This document shows positions 51,581 to 63,459 of a DNA stretch of 64,000 bases, one piece after another; the stretch's first letter is position 1; the number at the start of each line of letters is the position of its first letter. This DNA is from Moniliella sp. 'wahieum'. Lineage: Eukaryota. A program made the translations under genes and the position numbers. Location of the stretch: assembly GCA_003971905.1 (NCBI GenBank), contig RSEE01000028.1:186001-250000 (forward strand). Reading direction: 5' to 3'. The notes under the pieces were generated by a model. That model saw only the letters and a list, made by a program, of their open reading frames with translations. It ran no database searches and was not told where the DNA came from.

Positions 51581-52472
51581 GCGTACACAAGCGCAGTGAA
51601 GAGGGAAGGCAGAGCTGGAGGTGGGGGCGTGGAGGGTGAGTGGTGGTGGTGCGAGGGGGGGGGGGCAGCATATGACATGGATTGGCATATGCGACTGCGA
51701 GGGATGCCTTGGGTAGCCTGAGTATATTCTCCGTAGGGGTGCGGTGCTATATGGCAGAAGGTGTGGGCATCCACGGCATGATCGATGATCACCTCACCTC
51801 GGCTGGTCAATGTCACATGTCAGGGCACATTTCAGCTCGCTCGCATTTGGGCTTTGCACCCGACTGGGAAAGCAGCGCACAGGGCAGCGCTTGCCCCCTC
51901 GGTATCGCTGGACGTATTATAATAGTGAGCGCTCAGGCCGCCTCACTTGAGGCCTCAGGCTGAGCTGAGCCCTCCGTGGGGTTATCTTGCAGGGTGGCTG
52001 TGACTCGGGACTGGGACGGAATAGCAGGCTGTAGCGTGCTGTAGCCGGGTGCCCATCCGCTTTGAAGCTTGACAAGCTTGAGTAGCTTCCTTCTGCTTTC
52101 AGCTCTTCAAGCTCTTTAAGCTTCAAGCGGCGCTGCCCGCACAGTCCATCCAAGCGATCCCACCTTGCCGCTATCGACCAGTGACTTCACTTTCACTAGT
52201 GACCTAGTGACCTAATGACCGCCCCCCCTGACTACGGCAGACCCTGCCCGCGCACCTTATCTTGTCGTTTAGGCCACCAGCTTCTCTCGATCAATCTATC
52301 TATCACACGCCACGCGGCAGCCGCAACGAGTAGCTATAGTATCAACTACAACGCGTATAGCAGCCGCTGCAGCATGAAACGGCTCTTGCGTTTTGAACGG
52401 TCCGTTTTGCATTTCCCATTTCAGCCAAGCACGTGCCATTTGCTGATGGTACTGATGCCCCCGCGCCCACCC

Positions 52473-53490
52473 TCAGGCAAAGTATTCCGGCAGTAGGAAG
52501 CTCAGGTTCTTCTTGGCCTCGGCCGGGATGGCGTGCGGTTTGGTAACAATGGCAAACTTCATGCTGCCCCGCAGCGCCTTGTTGGACGCCGACTCGGGAT
52601 TGGCCGCCTCGGCATGCACCGTGTCCAGCACTCCCAGCACCACTTCTTGCGACGCAACCACATTGTGCTGCAGTACCGCCATCACCTGCTCCACCGTCAC
52701 CGCGCCCTCGTGCGCCCGCCACGCATCGTAGTCCGTCGCGGTCGCCAAACACATAGCCCAACTCGGCCTCGCGTGCCAGCTTGGCCTCGGGCAGGACGGA
52801 CATGTTGATAATGTCGCCGCCCAGCTGGCGGTAGACGTTGCTCTCGGCCCGGGGAGAAGGCGGGGCCCTCCATGCACACCACACACTTGTCCCCGTGCAC
52901 CTGCACCTCGGGAGCGGCCGTGGGCGAGCACCGCGCACTTGTTCTCCACCAGCGGACGCAGATGCTCGTCAAACGGATCGCCAAACATGGCGTGGGCCAC
53001 GACCGACGACTCGGCCCCGTCGCCAAAGAACGAGGCACGGCGGACCCCCTTGGTGCGATCGAGGATCTGAGAAGGAACGATGAAATCCTTCGGACGCACT
53101 CCTCCCGCAGACTGCCCACGGCCGAGAAGGCGAGGATGGTGCGGACACCGAGGTGCTTGAGGCGGCAATGTTGGCCAGGGCTGGCACCTTGCTGGGCGGC
53201 ACCTCATGGGCTACGCCATGGCGAGCAAGGAACGCAATGTGCACGCCGCTCGGCAGCTTGGCAACCGTAATGGGCGAGCTGGGCTTGCCCCAGGGCTAGA
53301 TACGAGGCAGAGATGGTGGTTAGTGCACAATGCTACGCCTGGGGGGGACGGAGGTGAGCCAGGAAGGGCACACGGTATCAGGGTGCACCTGGGTGACAAC
53401 CTCGACGCCGCGAAGGTGGTAGAGGCCAGAGCCGCCAATGACGCCCACCCGAACGCCGAGCTGCTGCACTTGAGCGACGGAGAGGGCCAT
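52473..53490 (-). CDS. MEU1: S-methyl-5'-thioadenosine phosphorylase (MTAP/Meu1)
   Basis: [72 protein letters not shown] and ATDYDAWR. One intron and several frameshifts. Confidence 0.93.
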
Positions 53491-54392
53491 GGTGAGGATG
53501 GTGGTGGGGGGCTGGAGCGAAAGCGCACGTGAAGAAAAAAAGTTGAACCGCGAAGACAGGAATGGGTACAGCCAGCCACAAGCCGCACGAAGCTCTGGAG
53601 GGTCTTACTACGGGACTGCGCGACAAGCCGGTATGCCGCGGGTATGGGCGGAGGGCGGAGATAGCGGGGACTGACGCGACGGGGAAGCGGCGTGAGTGGC
53701 AGCACTGCAATTTCACTCGGGGCACGTGATCAGGGGGTGGTGGGGTTAAATGAGGGGGTGGTGACCAACACCTGCAGGCTGAAAATAAGGCATCTCAGCG
53801 GGGGTTTAATGAGCCTGCTGCGGCCCTTCGGGTGCTTGGGGGCGGGAGAAGCGCCAGGAAGGACAGGACAGAGCACCCGCTCCAGCAGCGCAGGCACTAT
53901 CCCACAGCCCCGCCGCTGCGACGAGCACAGCGCCCTCACCTCTTCGCCGCCACAGACTCCCACCCTGCCTCTCGCAATTCCCCCAGCAAGCACCTCGCTT
54001 GCCTCCTCGAGGCACCACCCCGTCGAGCAGCCCCGCCCGCTCCTCCGCCCCACCACCACCACCACCACATGCACGCCCACACCTCCCCCGCCCCGCCCCC
54101 CCGCCGCCCCCCCGTCCTGCCCCTCCCCTCGCCCACCCATCACCCCAGCCAGACGTGAAAACGTTCGCCACCGCCCTCCCCCCCCTGCCACCCCGCCCAT
54201 TTGCCACCCGCACCATCACCCCCTCCGTGCACCACACCTTCTTCTATGTCCGCCCCCCCCCTCGCGTGCGCAACCCCCCCCCCGCAAGCGTATGTGTATT
54301 CCTCTGCTCTCCTTTCTTCTCCTCCCCCCCCTATAACCTCTGTGTGGCGATGCCAACTCTCACGCCCCTCCTTTTTAGAGTCCACTCGCACC

Positions 54393-57300
54393 ATGACAAG
54401 AGCATCAGCAGCGCCACACAGGCCTGCCTCCCTTCCTCCCCGTGCCCACCCGCCACAGCGTTCTGCTCCCAAGGCCGGCGCCTCTCCCTCGGCCAAACAA
54501 GCGCGACGGCCCAGCCGCTGGTCACGTACCGCCAACCAGCCACAACCTTTGCCGCCGCCCCCCAGCATGCCAGCGCCACTCTATGGGTATCCGGTAGGAG
54601 GGTATGTGCCATACGCTGCGTATCCATGGCCCACCGCCCCGATGCTTGTCCCGGCACAGTGGGGCCATCAGCTCCCCTTTCCGCCCGAGGCAGCTGTGCC
54701 GTACCCTCTCCCCGTCCAGGCCTACCCTCTTCCCAACCCGATCCACCCCCTGCCATCTCCCCAGCACCCGCCGACGAGCCACGCTACCCCGATCCTGTCC
54801 CATTCAACCCCATTCTCCTTCATCGCCACCTCCCCCCGCCCTTGATCCGTTAAGAGGGACAATAGAGGCGGTGCATCTAATGAAGGAGATAGACGAGAAC
54901 AATGAGGTGCCGGACTACTTGCCGTCCCCAGCTGTCTCGCGCAAGGTCAAGATCATCAACCCCGCAACGGGGAAGGAGATCGAGCTGTCCAATCTGGTGG
55001 CATAATTCAGATGGACCTTCTCCGATGCTGGGGCCGCCGTTGGAACGCACCGGGAGGATGTGGTTTCGGACAACGAAGCCAAAAGCCAGCAAAGACCCAA
55101 AAGCGGCCAATATGCTTCCAATGCACCAAGAAGACTCTCTCGATGATGTCCAAAAAGAGCCACGCTTCTGTGATGAGGCAGAACCAGAGGTGTCCAAGGC
55201 CTGTGAGAGAAAAAGTGCAGGGCAACGAATTCAAGACGACGCGATCGTGGAAGAGGAGGAAGACGCGTCCAAAAGCTGCCATAAGGCGGACGTGAGCCTT
55301 GCTCTTGACGCCGGTGAGAATAGCCACAAAGAAGACCTCTCCGCTCCCGCGGAAGGGACGAGGAAGTGGCAAACCATCCTTCCACCCGTCACTTCAAGTG
55401 ACTCAAGCAAGTCAAGTGATTCTCAACATTCACTGTCTTTTCTGGGGATAATTTAGCAGGATCAGAAACTGAGCAAGTGTGGAGGAGCAGGGGCAGAGGA
55501 GATGGTAGCATCCTGCTCTCCTCACCCTCTCCCCTCCTTGGTGCCAGAGATCCCATTCCCTTCCTTCCCCACCGCCAATGAGGCTCGCCAGGCGGTTGAG
55601 GATGTCTCGCTGGTGCAATCTCCCAAGGGCATGTCCCTTCCTTCAAATGAGGAATCCAACTCGAGGAAGCGCGTCCGGTACAGGCGAGACTTTCTTCTTC
55701 AGTTCTCCTCGCTGCCTAACTTGCCACACCCAAACCTTACTTTACTCGGAGCCATGGGCCTATACCGCTTTTCGCCTCGCAAATCGAATTCGGAGGGGTG
55801 GCATAAACATGGCCGTCGTGGTTCTCGCGCGGGCAACACCAAAGGAAGCTCCTCCTTCGGTAAGCCGATTGCCAAGAGCAGCGAAGAACTTCTTGTTTTG
55901 AACCAGCGGCCCAACAATGGTGGCCTTGCGATGAGGAACAATCCTTCCCCGTTGGCCGATCCGTTGGCGACCGTGCGCGGTGAGGCCACGGGAAGCAGCA
56001 ATCGTTCTAGTTGGGGTCCATCAGGTCGAACGGAGGCAGCCGTCGCAAAGTTGGCGACGGGGGTACCTGGCGTTCACGGCATTGGCATAATGATTCTCCT
56101 GCGAACGCCACCCGATCTACCTGGTACCCCAGCAGGGGGAATCCGCTACCTTCAGGGACCTCAGCCATTGGAACGGTTCGATGGAGGTGCGATCCAACCT
56201 CTAGAGCAGTCTGAACATCGATGGGTCCCCCCAGTAGCTTGGGTGAACGGAGTTGTCAAGATACAAAGGAGCATCGGGCGCGCAAGGTCAAGTCACTGCT
56301 GAACAAATTGTCGCCAGCCAACTTCTTCTCTGTCGCATCAAAAGTTCTGGAACTGGCCCAGCCGAGCGTCCAAGAAGAAGAAGGTTCGGAACCTGATGCC
56401 GCAATGGCGCAAGTGATCGAACATCTGTTTGAGAAGGCGACGGATGAGCCTTCCTTTTCTGCGACTTACACTCGTCTCTGCACCTACCTTCATGAAAACC
56501 TTGGCAAAGCAAGGGGTTCCTCTGGTTCCGCAATGGAGTCGCCGCACGCCACGTCGCAAAGCGAGACGGGCCAACGGTTCCGGCGTTTGCTCCTCCGTCG
56601 TTGCCAACTGGTGTTTGAGACCAACTCGGCTCATCTCCAAGCCACCCGTACGGTGGAAGAAAGCGACGCGGCGATTGAGGCACGCTTGCCGAGCGGTCTC
56701 GCGTGCGGAAGCTGCAAGAAGCGGAGATGTTGTCGGACGAGTACTATGAAGCGCAAAAGGCCAAGCGGCGTAACTTGGGCTTGCTCCAATTCGTTGGGGA
56801 TCTGTTCAATGCTGAGATGCTCGGGGCGGTGGTGGTGGTAACGTGTATGTCGAAGCTCCTGAGCCACTCGTCAGAGGAGCCGGCGAAGAAGAATTGAGTC
56901 GGTGGGGAAATTGGCTCGAGCTGCGGGGCCGAGGTTGGACCAAATGTTGGCCCAGGCTCGGCACAGCAATGCCCCCGAGGGCAAGGTGGCCACCCTGAAG
57001 GCTCAAGTTGGCGAATGCTATCGCATCATGGCTGCTTTGAGCAAGACAGAGGAGGTTCCGAGCCGAATGCGGTACATGCTGCAAGATTTGCTGGCGCTAC
57101 GTGCGAAAGGCTGGAAGACGGGATCTCCTTCCTCTTCGTCCTCCACCTCGTCCCGCCCCCTCCGCCGGTTTGCGGGAGGGGAAACGAACCGGCGGGAAGA
57201 AGTTCGTGGCCCTCAACCTCCTGATAAGTTCAACCGCGATCGAGGAGGGCGGCGCATGAGCACACCCCTTTCCCTGCCTGACACGTCCCGGTTTGGACAA

Positions 57301-58070
57301 GGCATCCGTCCTTCCTCTGCCTTTAAGCACACCGGCCGACCCCACTCAATCTTTTCGCAACCTCGAAAAGAGGGAAATAAGGCAAACGTGATCCCGAGGG
57401 CAAGCAACCAGTTTGCCCTCTTGGCCCAGACGGAAGATGCGCCTCCAACCCCGACGAGGGTCCAGCCTGATCCCACCCTTTCCTCGTCCGTCCCTCTCGT
57501 CCCGCACGATCCGCCTGCCTCTTCTCATCCTCCGTCGCGGCCTCACCCGTGACAACGGCAAAGGTAGTGGTAGGGGAGGAGCAAGTGCGTCGCCGGATGG
57601 AGTCCAACTGGGTCGAGTGGATCGGGGTGTTGGATGTGCAGAGGCCGTCTTGGCACTCGACGAGCTCCCTCCCGAGGTACATACCACATGGATGGCAGGT
57701 GCCATGGACCGTGCGCTGGACGGCGCTCAAGCTGGCGTCGACGCAACCGCACGCTGTGGACCATGCTGCGTGCCAAGGCGAGGGTGGGCCTGGGCGACGC
57801 GGAGTGGAGCGGGCCTTTGCGCCAGTGCTGCAGGTGCGATGGAGCGGGACGTACCCTGCCTGTGGGACCGCCTGGCGCAGTGGCTCGTTGCAGCCCGAGT
57901 GCCCAGGGCAGGTGGAGGTGTGGGCCGAGCAGGGGCTGCGCGCGCCAGACGACCGGATGGCGAGGCGGACGAAATGGAGCAAGAGCTGAGCCGGGCGCGC
58001 GCGGCTGCTCGCCAGCGTCGACGCCCGGCTGTCCGCAACCCAGGCCCAAGCCCCGCCGGGCAACACGTAG
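54393..58070 (+). CDS. eIF4G-like protein (eIF4E-binding motif, MIF4G, degenerate C-terminal helical domain)
   Basis: KVKIINPATG, RYRRDFLLQF (YxxxxL-phi), RKVKSLLNKLS, FEKATDEPSFSATYTRLC, FRRLLLRRCQ, MLSDEYYEAQKAKRRNLGLLQFVGDLF and SRMRYMLQDLLALRAKGW. Ends approximate. Confidence 0.88.
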
Positions 58071-58618
58071 AAGTTCTCATCTCTCGGCGATGGGAAGAGG
58101 CGAGAGGCGCACGCCGACCCCCCCCAGAGCTAAGGCTCGGTTTACTTCTCCGGTTCGTGGGCCCTGTTCTGTGATCCGGTCGTATTGGATTGTGGTGTTT
58201 CGGGTGGACGGGTGTCGTGCCAAAGGCTGCGACAGGAGATGGGCGGAGCAGACAGTCGGCGAACACGACGGCAAAACATAGCATTTTGAAGATAGAAGCT
58301 GGCCCAGGGTGCTATTCCTTTGTCCTCTTTGGCGGTATACCCGTACTATAGATTGCTGCCTGTGTGCTTGCTGTATCTTGGTTGTAAGTGAGAACACTCG
58401 CGTCTATCGGCTTCGGTGCTCGGGCAGGGGTCAGATCAGAGACTCCTGACCACAACAGAGCGGCAGTATCTACACATCCCAGATGGATTCAGCTAGGACG
58501 CTCACGACGTTCAATGAATTAGTAGTTCAAGCTTTAAGCCTTCAAGCCCTCCTCCACCTTCCCCCCCCGCACGTCCATGTGAGAAGGCACAGCCCGGGGA
58601 AATAGTGAGGAAAAGAAG

Positions 58619-58688
58619 AGACTCGAATGGATTCGAACCCATGTCATCGCCTATTGGCCAGGATGCGTCACCACTACGCTATCGAGCC
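58619..58688 (-). tRNA. tRNA-like gene with unassignable anticodon arm (pseudo-tRNA or mis-assembled)
   Basis: Acceptor GGCTCGA/TCGAGTC, D-arm GCGT-AGTGGTG-ACGC, T-arm ATGGG-TTCGAAT-CCAT and a downstream T-run. The anticodon region TCCTGGCCAATAGGCGA does not form a canonical 5-bp stem. Confidence 0.7.
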
Positions 58689-59302
58689 GGGATAAGAGCA
58701 GCTCAGGATCACAGTCTAACAGTCCCAAAACTCCGACGAGGGTTGCAGATCCCAGGGTTCCCCCCTCGATTAGGGTGTACACTTCTGACCCTTTAATTGC
58801 AACCAAAAACTCCCATCCGCCCTCAAGCTTTAGCGTCAGCAACCACCCCAGTGCACAGCTCCGCTTCCGCCCTCTCCGTTGTTGTTGGACTCTCTTAGCT
58901 CGCTTGGGCGTATGGACTTTGCCCCTACCGTGACCAGCGCCTGTGGCTGTCGCGCACTCCCCCCAGCAGTACACCATCCCGAACAAATTGCCTGCTGTGG
59001 GCCCTCGTACTGGATGCTTGCGACGGATGCACGGATGGCAAGTAGAGTTGGCCTGTTGGCAACTGGCTGTCCAAGATTCCATCTGCTCCTTGCCTCGGAC
59101 TCCCCTTCCAAGCTGGCTGCAACCGCCTGAGATGGAAGTCGCCACACCTTTCGGCTCTCATCAGGGGATGATGTGGGTCTATAGGAGCAGTTGATGTACT
59201 GATAAGCGACGCGTTTAAAAAAGCTCTTGGGAAGGAGTTACCATCAGGCGCTAAGGATACCTCCCGCCCCACACGATGTGTATCAGACTGACGCCGTACT
59301 GG

Positions 59303-59480
59303 AGGGCCCTTGGGCCACTATAGGCTCGTATGGGCTGGATCGCGATTCTGATCAGTTGGGTGATCCTGTATCCACCTCTCGACTATGCCCCCTTCCAGTT
59401 AGGAGGGACTTAGACCTCCAGTCCATCCATAGATGTATCCAATCCATCTGCTCCTCTTTCCTCTCCATCTCCTGTTTCAT
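59303..59480. repeat. Diverged direct repeat, copy 1 (of 62212-62385)
   Basis: Shared blocks gattct.atcagttgg, tccacctctcgact.tgcccccttcc and acctccagtcc.tccatagatgtatcc..tccatct.ctcc. Confidence 0.85.
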
Positions 59481-60794
59481 CCCGAAGACAATATGTGCAT
59501 CATTTGAGGCTTGAACGTTGAACATTGAACGTTGAACGTTGAACCTCATGAACCTCATACGGGCATGGGACGGGGAGCACGGGAGGATAGGCAGGCCGGT
59601 TTTGGATGGCAGTATAGAAGAGCGACTGAAGCGTTACGGAAGGCGGGCGTGGCCAGGTCTGGCCAGCGGGCACAGCCTGCCATTCCTCACTTAGTCACTA
59701 GAGCCACTAGTCACGCAGTCCCTTGTAGTTGCAAGGTTACGGATGCGGTTAATCATAAGTGCCTTGCTGCACCGGCGGGTCCCCGCAGTGTACCCGCGCC
59801 GCGACGCTCAACATCAACAGCCTGAACCATCCCGTGCTCCACGTGCGTGGAACGTACAAGGTCAAGGTCAGGCCTGAGGGTCAGGCCGGCCGATCAACCT
59901 CGTCAGCGCCGCCAGCAGACGCCAGCGCGCTAACCTCTGCCAACCTCGACCGATGTGGTCGCGCCCGTGACGCGTGAGGACTGAGGCTCTGAGGCCTGAG
60001 CCCTGAGGACCGAGTCGACGATCACCATATACCCGCCGCCGAGGTGTGGGTGTATAGGATGGGTTCCCACTGTCCCCTACTGCGGCGAGCGTTTGCCGGG
60101 TAGGGAGTTGCTCGTGCGAATGTCCGTGGCGCTTCCGGCAGGCGCGCCACTGGCGCGCCCCTTGCCGGAGTCGGGGTGTCGGCATGTGCACGTGACGTGT
60201 GCGGGTGCGCGCATGCACGCAGCCAGAGTGCCTCAGTCGTGCTGGGCGCTGCTAGGCACTGCGACGCACTGCAGCGCCCCCGCTGGCCACACTCGCCGGC
60301 TGCCGGGGCCACGGGGTCACATGCCGCAGGCCGCATGCCGTGCGGCTTAGCCACATGCCAGATGCTAGTGCTCACCGCCCAGGAGCCACCTAACCCTGGT
60401 CACCAGCGCACTAGCCCACTGTACCCACTGGCCACTGAGTATAGTTACTAGTTAACGTTGAACGTGCTGCTCTGCCCTGGAGACCCGATGGTACTGAGCA
60501 ATCGTACGCATGCATTATGGGAAACTGCTGCCTGCTATCGCCTCTCCTCTCCGGCCAGTCGGGCATCGTCGCCCGCACACACACATTGACAACATTTTTC
60601 CCCGCTTCCTTCTGCCACTCCAACCCCCATCAACGCCAACGTTCAACGTACTCTAACCCTTCCCCTTGCGCCTGTTTTCAATCCATCCACAACGACGTGC
60701 CTCCCTCGCTGCCCTCGGTGCCCAGTTGGAGCACCCTTTCGTCACCGTTCACTCCCGCTCCAACCACCACCACCATTCGCAAAGGGCAGCTACG

Positions 60795-61898
60795 ATGCAT
60801 ATCCTCGCCCTCCTTCTCGCCTTACTCGTCGCCTCCGCCGCCGCCCTCGCCCATCTACCAGGCTACTATAACCCCTCCCTAGGAGGCGGCGACAATATGG
60901 CCCACTGTGAGTTTCTTCACCCATTTCTTTTGCCTTGTTCCTCCTCTCCTACTTCGCAGCCTTGGCGGGCCATACTACACGCCAACGCGGATGGTGAAGA
61001 TGACGTGCTCTGACTTCCGTTATTTGTGTGTTGTGTGTTCCCTTCAGTCCCCTGGAGCTATGTCCTTCTTGGCGAGCCGCTCAACGTTATCATTTCAGGG
61101 CATTCCGCCCCCTCGCTGCTCACTCTAAAGGGTCTTTTGCAATGGGCCGAGCACTTGGGCTATGGGCGTGAAGTGCGTGCTTTCCCTTCCTTTGTGCATC
61201 AAACGCAAGAAAGAGACGTACTGACATTCTGATCTTGCGTAGTGTTTTGGCTTACATGAGGGCAGCAAACAACAGGCCAATTTGGGGGACGGAATGGGTG
61301 GCAGGACCAGCAGCTTGAGCTAGATGGCTGTATGGCAAAATCCCGTTCTAGGAGCATGCGACGAGAGTTCCGCGGTGGCAGCCACTTTCGCGCATACCAA
61401 CAGGCAGAGACCAAAGCCTGGTTTCTTGCCGTGTCGAACGAGATGAACATCTTTACTCACCATCGCATCGCGGTACGTTTAGGGACCCCCCTTTGGATGG
61501 AGAACCAGTGGTATATGACAGAGACTGACTCTAGGTGACGTTTGGCTCTTTCGTCGACGCTATTTTACTTGGTGACAGACGGATGGATACGATGCGTACG
61601 TCTGCTTCTTGCTGCGATATACACTTCCATGATACTTACCCTCTTCTTTTTTCAGTGGCAGAGACAAGCTTGTGAGCATGCCCAGAAGCTCCTGAAGTTC
61701 AAGGGGGAAAAGTACACACGACTGTTCACTACATCGACGGTGGCTACCCACTGGCTCTCACAATATCCACCATCAGTAGCAATTGACGGACGCACAGCCG
61801 TGCTGACCATCGAGAAACTCCATAACCTTTGTTTTTGCCGCGGCATATACCCACCTGTCTTCGTGCCGCGTCGACGGACCCTTCGCACGCGTCTATGA
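60795..61898 (+). CDS. Small secreted protein of an uncharacterised basidiomycete family
   Basis: Signal peptide MHILALLLALLVASAAA, then GYYNPSLGGG, LGEPLNVIISG, CFGLHEG..QANLGDG, GGSHFRAYQQ, FLAVSNE, DGYD..RDKL and IDGRTAVLTI. At least 4 introns; 3' end approximate. Confidence 0.7.
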
Positions 61899-62211
61899 CC
61901 TCGATGACGGGAGTACCTCTTCACATCCTAATCCTCGGCTTTTTGAGCATATGTATCATCTCTGTATTTTCACTTGTCCCACACCTTTTCGGTACATCAC
62001 CAGTACATGCTTATGACTATCTGCCATCACTATCATTCGCCACTGCCTTTATTCAAGTAATCTTCCTTGCCTCCACTATTGCCTATACCAACATGCTATA
62101 TAGCTACACGTCTGTCTGCTTATTATTAACTGTTCTGTTACCCGATCATACTCTTTCTGACGCCACACTCCCATTTTTGTCGATATAGCTATGTCACACT
62201 CACGTCATGCT

Positions 62212-62385
62212 AGGGATCCCCTGACCCCACTAGGCCCGTAGGGGCACTTTGGCGCATGATTCTCATCAGTTGGAAGTTCTTGTGTCCACCTCTCGACTGT
62301 GCCCCCTTCCTTCTGAGATACATGTACCTCCAGTCCGTCCATAGATGTATCCCCTCCATCTCCTCCGTTTCCTCTGTCTCACTGT
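62212..62385. repeat. Diverged direct repeat, copy 2 (of 59303-59480)
   Basis: Same shared blocks as copy 1. Confidence 0.85.
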
Positions 62386-63459
62386 TGGGGCGATACCCCA
62401 ATCACGCCATCCTGCGTGATAGTCATCACCCCTCTTATCCGCCCGGAAGCTTCCTCAGCTCCGCGGTACCCTCGTCTATATAAGGCCCTACCCTTCTCAT
62501 AGCCTCCTGTACCTCTCCTCAGAACCACATCCTCCATTCCACTCCTCCTTCAGCATCACGTTCCATGAAAACCGAAGGGCAAGGATGGCGCTCTCTCTTT
62601 TGTCTCGATCTTCTCCGACTGCTACATCGTGTCCCTTTATCGGCGAAGTTCATATCTCAATCTCACAGCTTACGCTGGTTTAATCAAGAGACCCGTGCCA
62701 GGTGATACGGCAAGAGCGCTGCATTTGGGCATATCCGCCCGCATCAACTGCGTCAACGTCAACGTTCAACCCATATACCGTCCTCTCGGAGAGATATCAA
62801 ACGTATATAGTTTCGGAGATCGCATACACGCTATTATTATAAGGGTGACTGCGCGGCATGCGATGGATGCACCATTGCTATCACCTGGTGTTACGGTGTG
62901 AGGTCGAAGTTTTTCCTGGCTGTACATCTGTTATGCCGCAGCTCTTGGTGACATCAATCATCTCTTCGATTTTGTTACCGACTATTAGTGCCACCCGAAA
63001 GTGTTTTTGGCAATCATGAAGGGGTCTCTCTTGGGTATGACCGAGAGAGTTGTATTTTTTCGGAGACTAAAGGTGCCCCTTCCTTCTGCCTTTTTACAGG
63101 GGTTTGCTTCCTCATGGCTGCACGCGCAAGCTAGTCTGTGAGTATCAACTGTGCTTTCGACTTTTCACAGAGAGCGATGAACTCTTCATCGTTGTTGAGA
63201 CTACGTTCAACGCGTTCACCGCGTCGTCACGCAAAAACGTTCCGCAGCGCGTGGCGTGTCAAACGCGCAATATGAAAGTTTCCAGTTCTGGCCCAAAGCA
63301 AACAGCGGAAATGCCACTGCTTAATTCCGCGCTTCGCCACCATCGTTGGGCACTTCAAACTGCCTCGTGCCTGCGTAGATGAGATCGGCCACACCTCCAC
63401 CCCGCACCATCCCGCCACCCCTTCCATCCTTCTGTCTCCTGCTATCCCCTGCGTAGACG

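Noticed and set aside
53692..54390. Long Pro- or Gly-rich ORFs in the MTAP/eIF4G divergent region
   Set aside because: Products of a C-rich promoter/5'UTR that includes a likely UTR intron (54290-54378); no protein signature.
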